A DNA stretch of 64,000 bases from Andalucia godoyi And28 (taxonomy: Eukaryota; Protista; Jakobida). The position numbers were made by a program, and so were the translations under genes. Every line of letters begins with the position of its first letter. Within the stretch, counting starts at the first letter, position 1. Under the pieces are notes generated by a model. That model saw nothing but the letters and a program-made list of their open reading frames with translations, had not been told where the DNA came from and ran no database searches. This document shows, piece by piece, positions 43,301-52,415 of the stretch. The DNA lies in the NCBI GenBank assembly GCA_009859145.1, contig VRVR01000004.1, positions 400,934-464,933 of the forward strand, given 5' to 3'.

Positions 43301-43581
43301 TATTCTTCTAATACTTGCTTGATCCCTGCAACTCGATTATCATCATCCACTCCTCTTGCAGCTTGCCCCTTGGCGTAGATTTGCTGAAGAGGCCGCTCAT
43401 TCAAAACCTCAATAAACCGCAGTCGACATTCTCGAACAAATGCTCGTTCAACATCCGAAAGTTGCCGAACCTCTCGGGATATCTTTTCTTTCACGGCCGC
43501 CGCCGTCGCCGCCCCCGACATCTGCCTTCTTCTGGTCTTCCTCCTTCTCTCTTCAGCACCTTCTTTCTTTCCCTTTGGCAA
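40348..43581 (-). CDS. Large hypothetical protein (1077 aa)
   Basis: Uninterrupted ORF with a basic N-terminus, small helical domain, Ser/Ala linker and long globular C-terminal region; no family recognised. Confidence 0.75.
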   Translation of the reverse strand: MPKGKKEGAEERRRKTRRRQMSGAATAAAVKEKISREVRQLSDVERAFVRECRLRFIEVLNERPLQQIYAKGQAARGVDDDNRVAGIKQVLEEYATKISEYPNLDDDYLRMSLSNKYKEWKRDQVENLLRMQTGGGGADSLNSGNDGADDGKPPSSVKSDLVSPKNGMQQLESANGERTAPANVSTAATKKKRVSGISASASSSSIASMVGPLFVAPNAAFVSLSDSTASDSAGGISVQAPNSLSQEQQLSPQTQNAGDSAAASGTAMNSIGTSQSGIPTASGPTSVPPAATPTASASASSSTSSSTLQTVSSNSAGSSTMLSDPRFSFLQAFRPAAAAAIGSSAVLEVKLSESRVADHEFAVQEAARQRKRRMEQIPEIRDRRRKRFKIRESEAGSTFSARFRDLDSGVVRMHKLDVDSSMPVHEMCNHLQDYFAEEKIRVDAVVGLSIVHSGVQNVWVDPEARMKDVISETDCAFVLNKSDYLIQPIPKYDVTYSRATVNSVLLRCANELAVPVPAGADVMTTLSGGVSMIDDSEETELDEETLVRRLGPELAGIRTCMLANSLLIAGTEAAENTGLGRFCFSPHVDPRISLTYSSEVIHPHAFSLFPLWYPTSSSFQRIGLYYGLDDLSAFSKMTSLCSVIPSVSIFPGLRMLSVTLTPLNYCAGLSLILRDLSSKSTDSLVEAASLKDVQSSQISLLANQSSLAGESFSDLVTSKVTGLKSESVLRKVTILRFTEEEMKSLDVKSLAVSWQWDIIVILVTIPDRSTLDMFVFMSVDLFSRCSSEFSGSTQVPVHSLPDRISSGSSLSQQSLQAWRAAAEFVESDVRIRMKMAQHVGMCQQVHFFHAPAKTRVPFTPLDALQRLVMPASFSLLAQVDDSSDPSAYFDIRQTQLAVNLMRSGKHQLIPVSRVYTPSRPIFQHSDVDLNAFEPLSCSRQRSVGLGAAFGYVSEQYPEVPPNNKFQSDIYIFCNGDALDLVPIMYWCTSCVRSRLSTRCTILFPAQSDPALSSLRSILNCMDAENRRLTGVCSYILRESLSLFDTQKQMFTAKAGKVSVYYESDSVFALSFVCEPRT

Positions 43582-44006
43582 ATTCCAGTAATTTCATGCA
43601 TCAAACACACATACACACGCGCACACGAGCGTAACACGGGCGCTCCCAAGGCTTTCCTCCCAAAAGATGCTTGCACAGACTACAGCCGCAGAGCAAAGAA
43701 AAAAAAAAGACCTTCCCGGTGCAGCATCACGTGATGCACGGATTCCAGGTCTTTCGCGAAAATGGATTCGGTCAAACACCGTTACTGACGACTCTCGAGT
43801 TACGGCGACACAAGTTCCAGATTTGTTCGACTGGTGGATTCCCCGAATTTTTGATCGAGTGAACAAAAAGCAAAAAAAGAAAAAAGAAAAAGAAGACCGA
43901 ATACAACTTTTGTTAAGCGTTTGTGATTCAGCATTACTCAGTTTGACATACGAAGCGCAGGAAAAGTAAAGTGAGAACCGATAATCTGCAAGAGAGATTG
44001 ACGAGA

Positions 44007-44492
44007 ATGAGCAGTACGGTCGCTGAGCAGATGTCTTTTTCTGCTGTTGGTGAGCGTGGACAGGAGCAGCCTGGCGATGCGATTGTCGACACGCATTCCG
44101 GTCTGGTGGATTCCGAGTCGCAGCAGCCTACTCAGCTCGGAGCGGAAGTTGATCACGGTGAACTAGGTGAAGACGTAGGAGAGGAAGTGGGACAGGAAGA
44201 GGATCCATGGGCATACGATGATTATGGAGACGAGATTGACTATTCAAAGTTCCCGTACTCCTGGAAAAGAAAGGACCAGCCGTACCGAGCTTGCTTTTGG
44301 ATGGGATACGGGGTGTTCAAGGTGATGCATACAATTGGGGCTGTGATTGTAGGGATTCTGGGTCTTGAGGAAGACCGATTTGCGGAGCAGCGCGCTGCGG
44401 TTGCCCGTCGAAAGCGGGAAGAAGAAGAACGAAAGCGCGAAATGGAGCAAATGGTCGAGCACTCCACAGAAACCGGAGACAAGAACATCTGA
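44007..44492 (+). CDS. Small protein, FAM177-like
   Basis: ATG at 44007. W...PY...FWMGYGVFKVMHTIGAVIVGILGLEEDRF followed by a coiled coil resembles the FAM177 core (GEKIASVLGI..PKY); weak. Confidence 0.55.
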   Translation: MSSTVAEQMSFSAVGERGQEQPGDAIVDTHSGLVDSESQQPTQLGAEVDHGELGEDVGEEVGQEEDPWAYDDYGDEIDYSKFPYSWKRKDQPYRACFWMGYGVFKVMHTIGAVIVGILGLEEDRFAEQRAAVARRKREEEERKREMEQMVEHSTETGDKNI

Positions 44493-44717
44493 GCCATTGA
44501 AAGGAAAAGCGTGAGAATGAGAATGAGAATGAAAAAACAGCAAGCCGAAGACGTCGGGTTTGCATCCTTTAATAATGTAAATTGCCATTGTTTTCAACCA
44601 TATGGAAGATGCATCATCGTTGTTGTCCTGCGTTTTATGTTTTTCTCTCTCGGCAAAGTACTTGAAAATAGCGTCAAAAACACACCAACAGCAACAGCAA
44701 TAGCAACAGAATGCAAA

Positions 44718-46142
44718 TCAGGCGCCTTGGTCATTGATTGCGTCGGACCTGGCCTTGGGGACCAGGGATTCAACTGCCTCCATTGGCAAGTGACTTCTGA
44801 GCACATCTGCCCATTTTCCGCTCTCAGGAAGCAGTCTTTGTTTCTTGAGCAACAGTGCAAAGTCCTCTGCATCGACTGTCTTTCTCTTCGCCTTGTCAGC
44901 AAACACCACCACATCCTTTGCAGCGTGTTCGAAAAACACCTTGGAGGCATCCATGACGGCTGCCAGCGCATCCTTTGACGCCCGCATCGTAAGCGAGGAT
45001 TTGAACAGCGAGGACACGAGCGATGCAGGCAAGAACGGCTCGGATGACCGGGGTCCCTTTTTTGCTTTTGTTTTTGCCGCAGACTTTGGAGTGTCGGCGC
45101 CGATTCCTCCTGGGGCCGTCGTCGAGAACGACAGTGCCGATTCTCTGTGGAGGATGCCCGAGTCGTTCGGAAATTGCGGTGAAAGAGACTGCCCTCGCAA
45201 CCCAAGTTCTTCATCGGCGGCCACTTGGAACGGAGTAACCGCCCCTTCAGCTCGCAGGATTTCAGCATCCATACTACTTGGTCGCGCAGCTTGTGGCGTT
45301 GTCATCGTCATGTCTTGTTCTTGCGGCGCGTCTGTCACGTCAGTGGTGCCAGAGGGTGCAGGTAGCGAAAGCCGAACTCGCTTAGGCGAAGGCGGGTGAA
45401 CCATTGCGGATACGTCCGCAGCAGTCTTGAATCGCGGGTCCCCAGCAGCAGCCTTTGCAAACCGAGCCATCATTTTCGATGGCGAGTCATCCTCTTCTTC
45501 ATCAGTCCCTTGCCTCTTCTCCACCTGCATTTCTGTCTGCGCAACCGCCGGATTCTCCAGAATAGACCTACGTAACGACCGCTTTCGCATTCCTGCTGAC
45601 GAAGAAACGGAAGACGGCCCAGCAGACGCCGCAGCCGCAGAAGATTCTTTTCCTGGAGTCGCCAGCACGCTCTCAACGATCGCAGAGGCGCTGGTGCTGG
45701 TGCTGGTGCTGGGGCCTGCAGACCCAACAGTCCCGGTCGGAGCGGATCGATCAACGTTTCCAAATCGAGCCAGAGCACGGAACAGCCCGGGGGTATCCTC
45801 CTCCAAATTTACAGATTCTTGAGACTTGTCTTCAACGGGACCTGCTGCCGGCGTTTGAGCACCCGATCGCTTCCGAGAAGATGCAGTGGGAGTTCTTTTC
45901 GAACTTGACTGACCTCGACTTTGATCTCCGTCTTGATCCTGCTTCAAAGGAGTCTCCGACTGCATCCTTTGGCCTTCAATCTCTTTTTCAACTTCTTCTT
46001 GTTCTTGCTGCTGCTGCTCGTCGTCTTCTTCGTCTGCAGTGGGAACAAGCCCTGGATTGAACTTGCTCAGCAGCTGATTGTAAATCTTTGAACCACCAGT
46101 GCCGGTTCTTGCATTTGCAGAACGCGGCTTTCGTGCAGACAT
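44718..46142 (-). CDS. CENPT: Centromere protein T (long disordered N-terminus plus C-terminal histone fold)
   Basis: C-terminal LPASLVSSLFK...RASKDALAAVMDASKVFFEHAAKDVVVFADKAKRKTVDAEDFALLLKKQR...HLPMEAVESLVP matches the CENP-T C-terminal histone fold; N-terminus rich in TP/SP sites. Confidence 0.8.
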   Translation of the reverse strand: MSARKPRSANARTGTGGSKIYNQLLSKFNPGLVPTADEEDDEQQQQEQEEVEKEIEGQRMQSETPLKQDQDGDQSRGQSSSKRTPTASSRKRSGAQTPAAGPVEDKSQESVNLEEDTPGLFRALARFGNVDRSAPTGTVGSAGPSTSTSTSASAIVESVLATPGKESSAAAASAGPSSVSSSAGMRKRSLRRSILENPAVAQTEMQVEKRQGTDEEEDDSPSKMMARFAKAAAGDPRFKTAADVSAMVHPPSPKRVRLSLPAPSGTTDVTDAPQEQDMTMTTPQAARPSSMDAEILRAEGAVTPFQVAADEELGLRGQSLSPQFPNDSGILHRESALSFSTTAPGGIGADTPKSAAKTKAKKGPRSSEPFLPASLVSSLFKSSLTMRASKDALAAVMDASKVFFEHAAKDVVVFADKAKRKTVDAEDFALLLKKQRLLPESGKWADVLRSHLPMEAVESLVPKARSDAINDQGA

Positions 46143-46329
46143 GCCCCCCTCACCTCTCTGTATAATTTACAAATAATAATAATAATAATAATTAAAGTAA
46201 AAACATTAATGAAATAAAACAAAAACGAAACCAAAGCAAGAACGATCCGGTCATACAATGAAAACCAAATTGAGAAAACAAAAATGTGCATATATACAAT
46301 TGGGGATAACCTGAACTGTTTAACAGCCA

Positions 46330-46340
46330 TTTGGCGGGAA
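46330..46340 (+). promoter_or_regulatory. E2F-type motif TTTGGCGGGAA about 190 bp upstream of CENP-T
   Basis: Reads TTCCCGCCAAA on the CENP-T sense strand. Confidence 0.55.
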
Positions 46341-46622
46341 GTCCAGCCGAAAAACCAAAAAAGTCGGTGGTTGATGCTACGTCTTGATCCTAGCAAATGC
46401 CCGATCCCAGCGCGATACGTGACACGTCGAAAAAGCCCGACATCGTAAATCACAAAATTTCTATTTTTTCCCATTTCCCATAAGTGCTGGCTGCTGAAAG
46501 CCTTTCTGTTTGTCTGTGTTTGTGTTTTTGATTTTTGCGGTATTTCTTTTTCCGATTCTTGGATTTAAGCGACAAATTTCTTTTGTAAACGCATCATCAG
46601 TACTCGATTTTTTCATACGCAA

Positions 46623-47081
46623 ATGTCAACTGCCGCAAGTGCGATGCCGGTTGTGTCGGGCTCGCAGATGCAGCCTCCGCTCCCGGTCTCGGAAGCGAAC
46701 CCAACAGTCTCGATGCGACTTTTGGGTCCATTCAACGATCGTCGCATTCAGTGGACAGAGTCAACAATAGACAATGAATTCATGGGGAAAAGGACCTCGA
46801 AGAAGTGCTGTGTTTTCCATAAGAAACGTGCTTGGAATGAATCCGATACGGAATCCAGTGGCAATGACGATGATGACAATGGTGGCTGTGGTGGTAATAA
46901 AAACTCATCGTCATCCAAGGACGATGCAATGTGTGGTAAGCGCGGTGATAAGATGTCCAAGCAGCAGCATCGTCATCACCATCATCATCATCACCACGAC
47001 CACCACTGTCACGGTCACAGTCATCATCATTCGTATGATGGACCTTGTGGCGGTGGTGATGCTCCCCAACAGCACGCGTGA
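46623..47081 (+). CDS. PPP1R11: Protein phosphatase 1 inhibitor 3 (Ypi1/PPP1R11)
   Basis: RVxW-type RRIQW, then IDNEFMGKRTSKKCCVFHK and ESDTESS; His-rich tail. Confidence 0.92.
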   Translation: MSTAASAMPVVSGSQMQPPLPVSEANPTVSMRLLGPFNDRRIQWTESTIDNEFMGKRTSKKCCVFHKKRAWNESDTESSGNDDDDNGGCGGNKNSSSSKDDAMCGKRGDKMSKQQHRHHHHHHHHDHHCHGHSHHHSYDGPCGGGDAPQQHA

Positions 47082-47329
47082 CCTTCCTTCCTGTCCTTCC
47101 AAATGTATATACTATCCGTACTTGTAGATCGCTTCGTTTTGCAGCCTGTTCTATCCTCTCTTCCTGTGTACAGACGCGGAGTCAGCCAAGAAGAAGGAGA
47201 AATACATGAATGAAAAATAAATAAATATGATGAAAAATAAAATTGCACTGCGGAACGTACATTCTCGTGCAAGTAGTCTGCGTATTTACAGTTCTCCCGC
47301 TCTGCCGTGCTTGTCTTGTCCTCGATTCA

Positions 47330-48910
47330 TCATGGTTGAGGGACGGACGACGATGGCAAAGAGGGCTTTTGAGCAAGACGGTCGAGTTCACGGTCCCAGG
47401 AACACGCAACAGCAAACTCACGAATCCGGTCTTGCAGATCTCCTAGAAACTGAAAATCACGGTTCGGCTTTGGAGACGGTGAGCGTATCCATTCGGAGAA
47501 CGAGAACTGTGCCGAAGGAGCGGCAGCAAGGTGGCGTGCAAGGGAGTCCCGATTGAACACCAAGCGGGGAACATCATCTCGAATCTTGTGAACTAGATGA
47601 CACACAGGAGCCACTGTCAGCGAAGTTCCCATTATGATCATGAGGTCGCAGGCACGAAGATCTTCCGAGAGATTTGCAAAGAACTTCTCCGGAAGGGATT
47701 CTCCAAAGAAAACAATCGACGGTTTGACAAGACCGCCACAACCAACGCACGAAATCGTCTTCCGGGTCGTCGAATCCACTCCGAGTCTCGATTTGAACTC
47801 CTCAATGTCCATCTGTCGCTCGCAGTCAATGCATGCACACTGCTGGAAGGTTCCGTGAGCTTGTACGAGTCGCCCGGGGGACACTCCGGCCAGGTGCTCG
47901 AGATCATCGATATTTTGCGAATAAACACGGCGCAACACACCCTTTTCTTCCAGCAACTTCATGAAAAAGTGGGCGTGCGAGGGGTGATATTGGCCAGGCA
48001 TGAGCTCACGGGCAAGCATGTAGAATGGAAACGGATTCTCGCGGAAATAATCGATCGAAAACACAGCCGTCGGCTCCGGTAGATTGTACTTTTGCAGGTT
48101 GTCGTACAGACCAGTCCCTGGACTTCGAAAATCCGGGATCCCGCACGCAACAGACACGCCGGCGCCAACCAAACAAAGTACATTCCTGTATCTCCCAGAC
48201 ACCAATTCCCGCGCAAGGCGAACCATGTCCGGATCCAAGTTGGTCACATCCACATTGCGGCTCGGCGTTCTCGACAGCGAGCTCAGCGACAGTCCACAAA
48301 TTGCAGCTTCAAAAGCGTCCATTTGAGGATCCTCACTCTCTACTGTTGTCTCAGAAGACAAAAAAGCGTGAGAATTCTGGCCTTCGGATTGCAGCTCATT
48401 GGACACCGCACTACCACTACTACTGGTGCCGCCGTCGCTGGTGCTGCTGTTGCTATATTCAGTTTCTGCAGCAGTTGGAGTCGACGAAATTGCGGACGGC
48501 AAAGCATGAGAAGCAGATTCACCTTGCGATGCTTCCGAACCAGAAACCGTGCCAAACTTTGCTTGGTAAACAGCGCTCCTGAGCGAATCAAGCTGTGGAC
48601 TCGTAATGTAGTCGTCGCACGCATAGCAATAACACGACAAGTCTGAGAACGAGATCACAATCGAATGCTGTGGACTGCTTTCTGCATGCAACGCCATGTG
48701 TGAATTCACATATCGCGAGCATTGGATACTGTGGCAAGCGCAGCAAAACCAGTTTTCCGAAGAATCACCGCACACCTCACACGGTGACGGATAAATAACG
48801 ACTTCATGATCACCGAGATTCGCCACCGAGCGCGACGGTGGAAGCACATGAGGACAATCCGTTCGTGGATGAACGGCGTGAAACCGACCACTATCTAGCA
48901 GCCCTTGCAT
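47330..48910 (-). CDS. Class I sirtuin (SIRT2-like NAD-dependent deacetylase) with an N-terminal zf-UBP domain
   Basis: zf-UBP: CPH...CEVC...NWFCCACHSIQCSRYVNSHMALH...DLSCYCYACDDY. Sirtuin: GAGVSVACGIPDFRSP, YSQNIDDLE, QAHGTF, KPSIVFFGE, GTSLTV. Confidence 0.92.
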   Translation of the reverse strand: MQGLLDSGRFHAVHPRTDCPHVLPPSRSVANLGDHEVVIYPSPCEVCGDSSENWFCCACHSIQCSRYVNSHMALHAESSPQHSIVISFSDLSCYCYACDDYITSPQLDSLRSAVYQAKFGTVSGSEASQGESASHALPSAISSTPTAAETEYSNSSTSDGGTSSSGSAVSNELQSEGQNSHAFLSSETTVESEDPQMDAFEAAICGLSLSSLSRTPSRNVDVTNLDPDMVRLARELVSGRYRNVLCLVGAGVSVACGIPDFRSPGTGLYDNLQKYNLPEPTAVFSIDYFRENPFPFYMLARELMPGQYHPSHAHFFMKLLEEKGVLRRVYSQNIDDLEHLAGVSPGRLVQAHGTFQQCACIDCERQMDIEEFKSRLGVDSTTRKTISCVGCGGLVKPSIVFFGESLPEKFFANLSEDLRACDLMIIMGTSLTVAPVCHLVHKIRDDVPRLVFNRDSLARHLAAAPSAQFSFSEWIRSPSPKPNRDFQFLGDLQDRIREFAVACSWDRELDRLAQKPSLPSSSVPQP

Positions 48911-49065
48911 TACAATGAGTTCCCACTGACGAAGCGGACACCTATAGGCAAATCATCTCAGAGAAAGATGGAAAACATAAAGATGACGAAGCGAAGAAAA
49001 AAGGAGGACAAATCAAGAGGATTTCTCGAATGCGAAGAGCGGGCTACGACAGGAAATGAGCAGGA

Positions 49066-49737
49066 CTAAGGCCGTCGTTCTGCAAATAGGGACCGACGGA
49101 TGGACCGGTACAGAATACGCATGCTGAGCACGATGATGAATCGGATTGCCCAAATCCTGAAGAATCGAATCCACTGCACAATCGGATCTGGATTGGTGTC
49201 CTGAAACGGGTCAGACGGAGCACCGGAAGGAGCAGAATCACAGTAGGACGACGAAAAGGCGGCGTCAAACACCTGAGTTTCCGTTCTTCTTGCACCATGC
49301 AGTCCCAAAAGATCAAAGTCCAATGCAGGATTGATAAGACGCGTAATATACGACACAAACGACAGGTTTCTCGACACGAAGTTTTGCTGTGCTGAGCGAG
49401 CCTCCGCTGCAAATTCATCCATGCTTGCTCGCTTGCGACTCCGTTCCGCCTTTCGATCTGCATCCAGTTTCTGAATTTCTGTCCATAGTCCTAGATCGAG
49501 CGGCATTTCCCAAAATCCAACCCCTGCGCAATCTTCATTACTCACCACCCCCCGTTGTCTGTTCACGTCGTCAGAATTGAAATATATATAAGAGCACGGC
49601 GGTCGTTTGCGTTCGTTCGTTTTCTTTTTTGGCTCCCTATTTCTCTCCGCACGGAAATCGTCGAAACATTTCGACGATGCACGGGCTTTTGCAGATCTGC
49701 ACGAGCGTTGCAGTCTTGCAGAGCGGCGCCTTTTCAT
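49066..49737 (-). CDS. Hypothetical protein (~223 aa)
   Basis: ATG at 49737 (MKRRRSAR), divergent from the ArsC-like gene across a 148-bp spacer; fills otherwise unexplained GC-balanced DNA; no homology recognised. Confidence 0.45.
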   Translation of the reverse strand: MKRRRSARLQRSCRSAKARASSKCFDDFRAERNREPKKKTNERKRPPCSYIYFNSDDVNRQRGVVSNEDCAGVGFWEMPLDLGLWTEIQKLDADRKAERSRKRASMDEFAAEARSAQQNFVSRNLSFVSYITRLINPALDFDLLGLHGARRTETQVFDAAFSSSYCDSAPSGAPSDPFQDTNPDPIVQWIRFFRIWAIRFIIVLSMRILYRSIRRSLFAERRP

Positions 49738-49884
49738 CTGGCAAGGTTCAGGTTGATGATCGGTTGTTACAACAACAACAACAAAGAAGGAGAAAAAAAA
49801 ACACGCCAGCCTTCTTTTTTTGTCCTGCAGTAGAAGGGAGAGAGAGAGGGAGAGGGAGAGAGAGAGAGAGAGAGAGAATAGGGT

Positions 49885-50364
49885 ATGAGTGGTCGAAAGC
49901 GTGCTTCGCGGTCGGAAACTGCATTGGGGAGTTCCAACGACGTTGCAGCAAGGGAGTCCAGTCCCGTAAAGAAGCCAAAACTCGCCGAGTCTGCAAACAA
50001 TGGCTCGGTCTCGCTGTACTACCATCGAAAGAACTGTGCAACGTGCGGGAAATCGGACGACTTCTTGGCGAAAACAGGCGTCATAATCCCCGAGAGTTCC
50101 CGCAGAGATGCAACAAAGAACAGGGTGTCTCCTGCTGAAGCGCTGGAGATTGTCCAGCACTCGGCTTGCGGACAGGTCCTGGTGGCGGGCCGTGCAGGAG
50201 CGGTGCAAACACTGGTGCCAAACGCAGATGGGCGCTGGGACGGCACTGCTTTGAAATCTACTGTTGTGGGTCCTTCGGGATTTCTGCGTGCACCGACGAT
50301 CATCAAGGATAAGACGATGATCGTTGGGTTTTCAAGCGATGCGTACAAGACGATGTTTGCATAG
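49885..50364 (+). CDS. Spx/ArsC-like thioredoxin-fold protein with a basic N-terminal extension
   Basis: LYYHRKNCATCGKSDDFL (CxxC) and GPSGFLRAPTIIKDKTMIVGFSSDAY resemble the two ends of the ArsC/Spx fold (Y..PSCTSCRKA..WL; LRRPII.D.KRLQVGYN). Confidence 0.75.
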   Translation: MSGRKRASRSETALGSSNDVAARESSPVKKPKLAESANNGSVSLYYHRKNCATCGKSDDFLAKTGVIIPESSRRDATKNRVSPAEALEIVQHSACGQVLVAGRAGAVQTLVPNADGRWDGTALKSTVVGPSGFLRAPTIIKDKTMIVGFSSDAYKTMFA

Positions 50365-50554
50365 ACAATGAAAGATCCTGATGGTTTGATTTTAATTTTT
50401 TTTTATATTAAAGAACACCAAGTCGGATCTTTTTCTTGTCGTTTCTTCGTTACATGGACTCGGCGATCTCGAATCTATGGATCTCCATGGGCGGTTGCGA
50501 GACCGAAAGCGTGTCGCTGGGCAGGACACAATGGGAGAAACGAATGAACGGTTA

Positions 50555-52207
50555 TTATCGAAGGTTCCGTCCAGGCTGGACCAGCAACACATGGACCCGC
50601 AGCAGCTGAGCAGCCAGTCGGATTCCAGACTCAAGACTGGCCAGAACAGTCTGAAACGGTTCCACAACGGCGTTTGCTTCGTCATCTGTCCACTGTCCGC
50701 TCGACCATTCCAGTGCGTGCGGCCGCGCTCGCTGTGCCCGCAATCGAAAGTCGTCTGCTACCCTTAGCGCGTCCAGATGAGCATTCAGAAGCTGACTGCT
50801 CGCAAGAAATTCCAGAGAATGAGAGAGCTGGGTCGCTGCAAAACACACATCGGCATCAGAGGCTGCTGATGCGACCTGCATGCAATGCCCTGAGAGGGAC
50901 AGCAACAACACCAGTCCGCCTGTGCGTATGAACGACTTGCATTTCAAAATCATGTCAAGCGTTTTAAGGGTCGACTTGACTGCTCGGGCTGCTTCAGCAG
51001 CACTCGTTCCCGATAGACCTCCGAGGAAAAACGTGCAAACCCGGTTGCTCGATGTTCGGACAAACGTAAAAAGCTCATCCACATCGCCAACCGTTAGCTG
51101 TTCGGGTACCATTGTTTGGATTCCAAGAACCGCACCAGTATATTCTCCAGGACTCCGCATGGCCGCCTGCAGAGATGGCGCGGAAGAACACCCCAGCAAG
51201 CGAGCGAGGATCTGTTCCTCCTCCAGTGGAACAACAGCAATGCACGCTATTCCAACCCTTTCCAAGATAAATGACAGCACGGGATCGATAACACCACGAC
51301 ACACAACAAGCCCGACACCGAGCTGCGTCATGGATTTCACAAGCTCCTGGAATTCGTCCCTGACCAATGCGGTCAAGCGTGTCGATTCTCCGCCTTCCAA
51401 CGCCGAATCAGACGGCGTCAACGCAAGTTTCACAGGAGCCGAAGACCCTGCCAATTCCTCAAACAGAATGGTCTTGTTCGTAATGTCACTGCGAACGAGA
51501 ACGACGACGCAGGGTCCCTTTCGAAGGGGCAAAATTGACGGTCGCTTGCGAAGAACTGCAGTGCCGATCTCCGCAGTCCATCCAAAACAGTTCGCTTGTC
51601 GGGGCGCAACAAGCTGGAATGCGTCCATACTGCCGGGAGGAACTTTCCGCACATGATCGACGATGCAATGGGAGATATCAATATCCGGGTAAAACGAAAC
51701 AATGGACTTGGTTCGCAGTACGCTATTCGCCACCGATTCCAAAACACGTATCTGGTCGCTGTCGTCTTGCGGCAATTCGACTGCAAATTCACTTGTCAAG
51801 TAGTCTCGAACAAGACTGGCCATCGAGGAAAGAGCGGCGAGCTTGCGGTACCAATCCGAGGCGGGGATGTTTGAGGTCAGAGCACTGCAAAAGAAACGAC
51901 GCGCAACGTCACATGCCCACAACATGGCTGTGGTGGAGCCGTCTCCAAACCGGTCTTGCTGAGACTTTCCAGCTTCTGAAATGAGCAGCGCAACAGGATG
52001 CTTCCAGTCCGTATAGCGAACGATGGAATATCCGTCTGCAGTAATCATCAAGTCCCCGGAATCATCAAAAATCGCCTTTTGAAATGCGAATGGGCCGTAC
52101 GAAGATTGCAGAAGCGAAATGACGGTGTCGAGAACAGACACGATCGATTCTCGAGTGTGCTGGGCACTCAGAACTTTAGATTCGTAAAGTTCATTTCCAA
52201 TGTCCAT
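50555..52207 (-). CDS. Divergent group II chaperonin-like protein, probably BBS6/BBS10/BBS12 type
   Basis: SSYGP...K, ITADG..I, HPVALLI, FGDGSTT equatorial motifs; apical and C-terminal regions too divergent for a canonical CCT subunit. Confidence 0.75.
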   Translation of the reverse strand: MDIGNELYESKVLSAQHTRESIVSVLDTVISLLQSSYGPFAFQKAIFDDSGDLMITADGYSIVRYTDWKHPVALLISEAGKSQQDRFGDGSTTAMLWACDVARRFFCSALTSNIPASDWYRKLAALSSMASLVRDYLTSEFAVELPQDDSDQIRVLESVANSVLRTKSIVSFYPDIDISHCIVDHVRKVPPGSMDAFQLVAPRQANCFGWTAEIGTAVLRKRPSILPLRKGPCVVVLVRSDITNKTILFEELAGSSAPVKLALTPSDSALEGGESTRLTALVRDEFQELVKSMTQLGVGLVVCRGVIDPVLSFILERVGIACIAVVPLEEEQILARLLGCSSAPSLQAAMRSPGEYTGAVLGIQTMVPEQLTVGDVDELFTFVRTSSNRVCTFFLGGLSGTSAAEAARAVKSTLKTLDMILKCKSFIRTGGLVLLLSLSGHCMQVASAASDADVCFAATQLSHSLEFLASSQLLNAHLDALRVADDFRLRAQRARPHALEWSSGQWTDDEANAVVEPFQTVLASLESGIRLAAQLLRVHVLLVQPGRNLR

Positions 52208-52415
52208 GGTGCGACATTGACGCAACTTTCAAAAAAATAATAAATCAATAATATAAAATAAATCAATAGATAAATTAAAAGAAATTCAAAAAAAAAATAA
52301 ATAAAATGCAGCAACAACAAAACAAACGAAAGCAAATACTGAAAACGAAAGGGGGAAAAAGCCTGCGGGGATTGCTGGGAATATGTGAATTCAAATTTTA
52401 TGGGAGCGCTCACCC

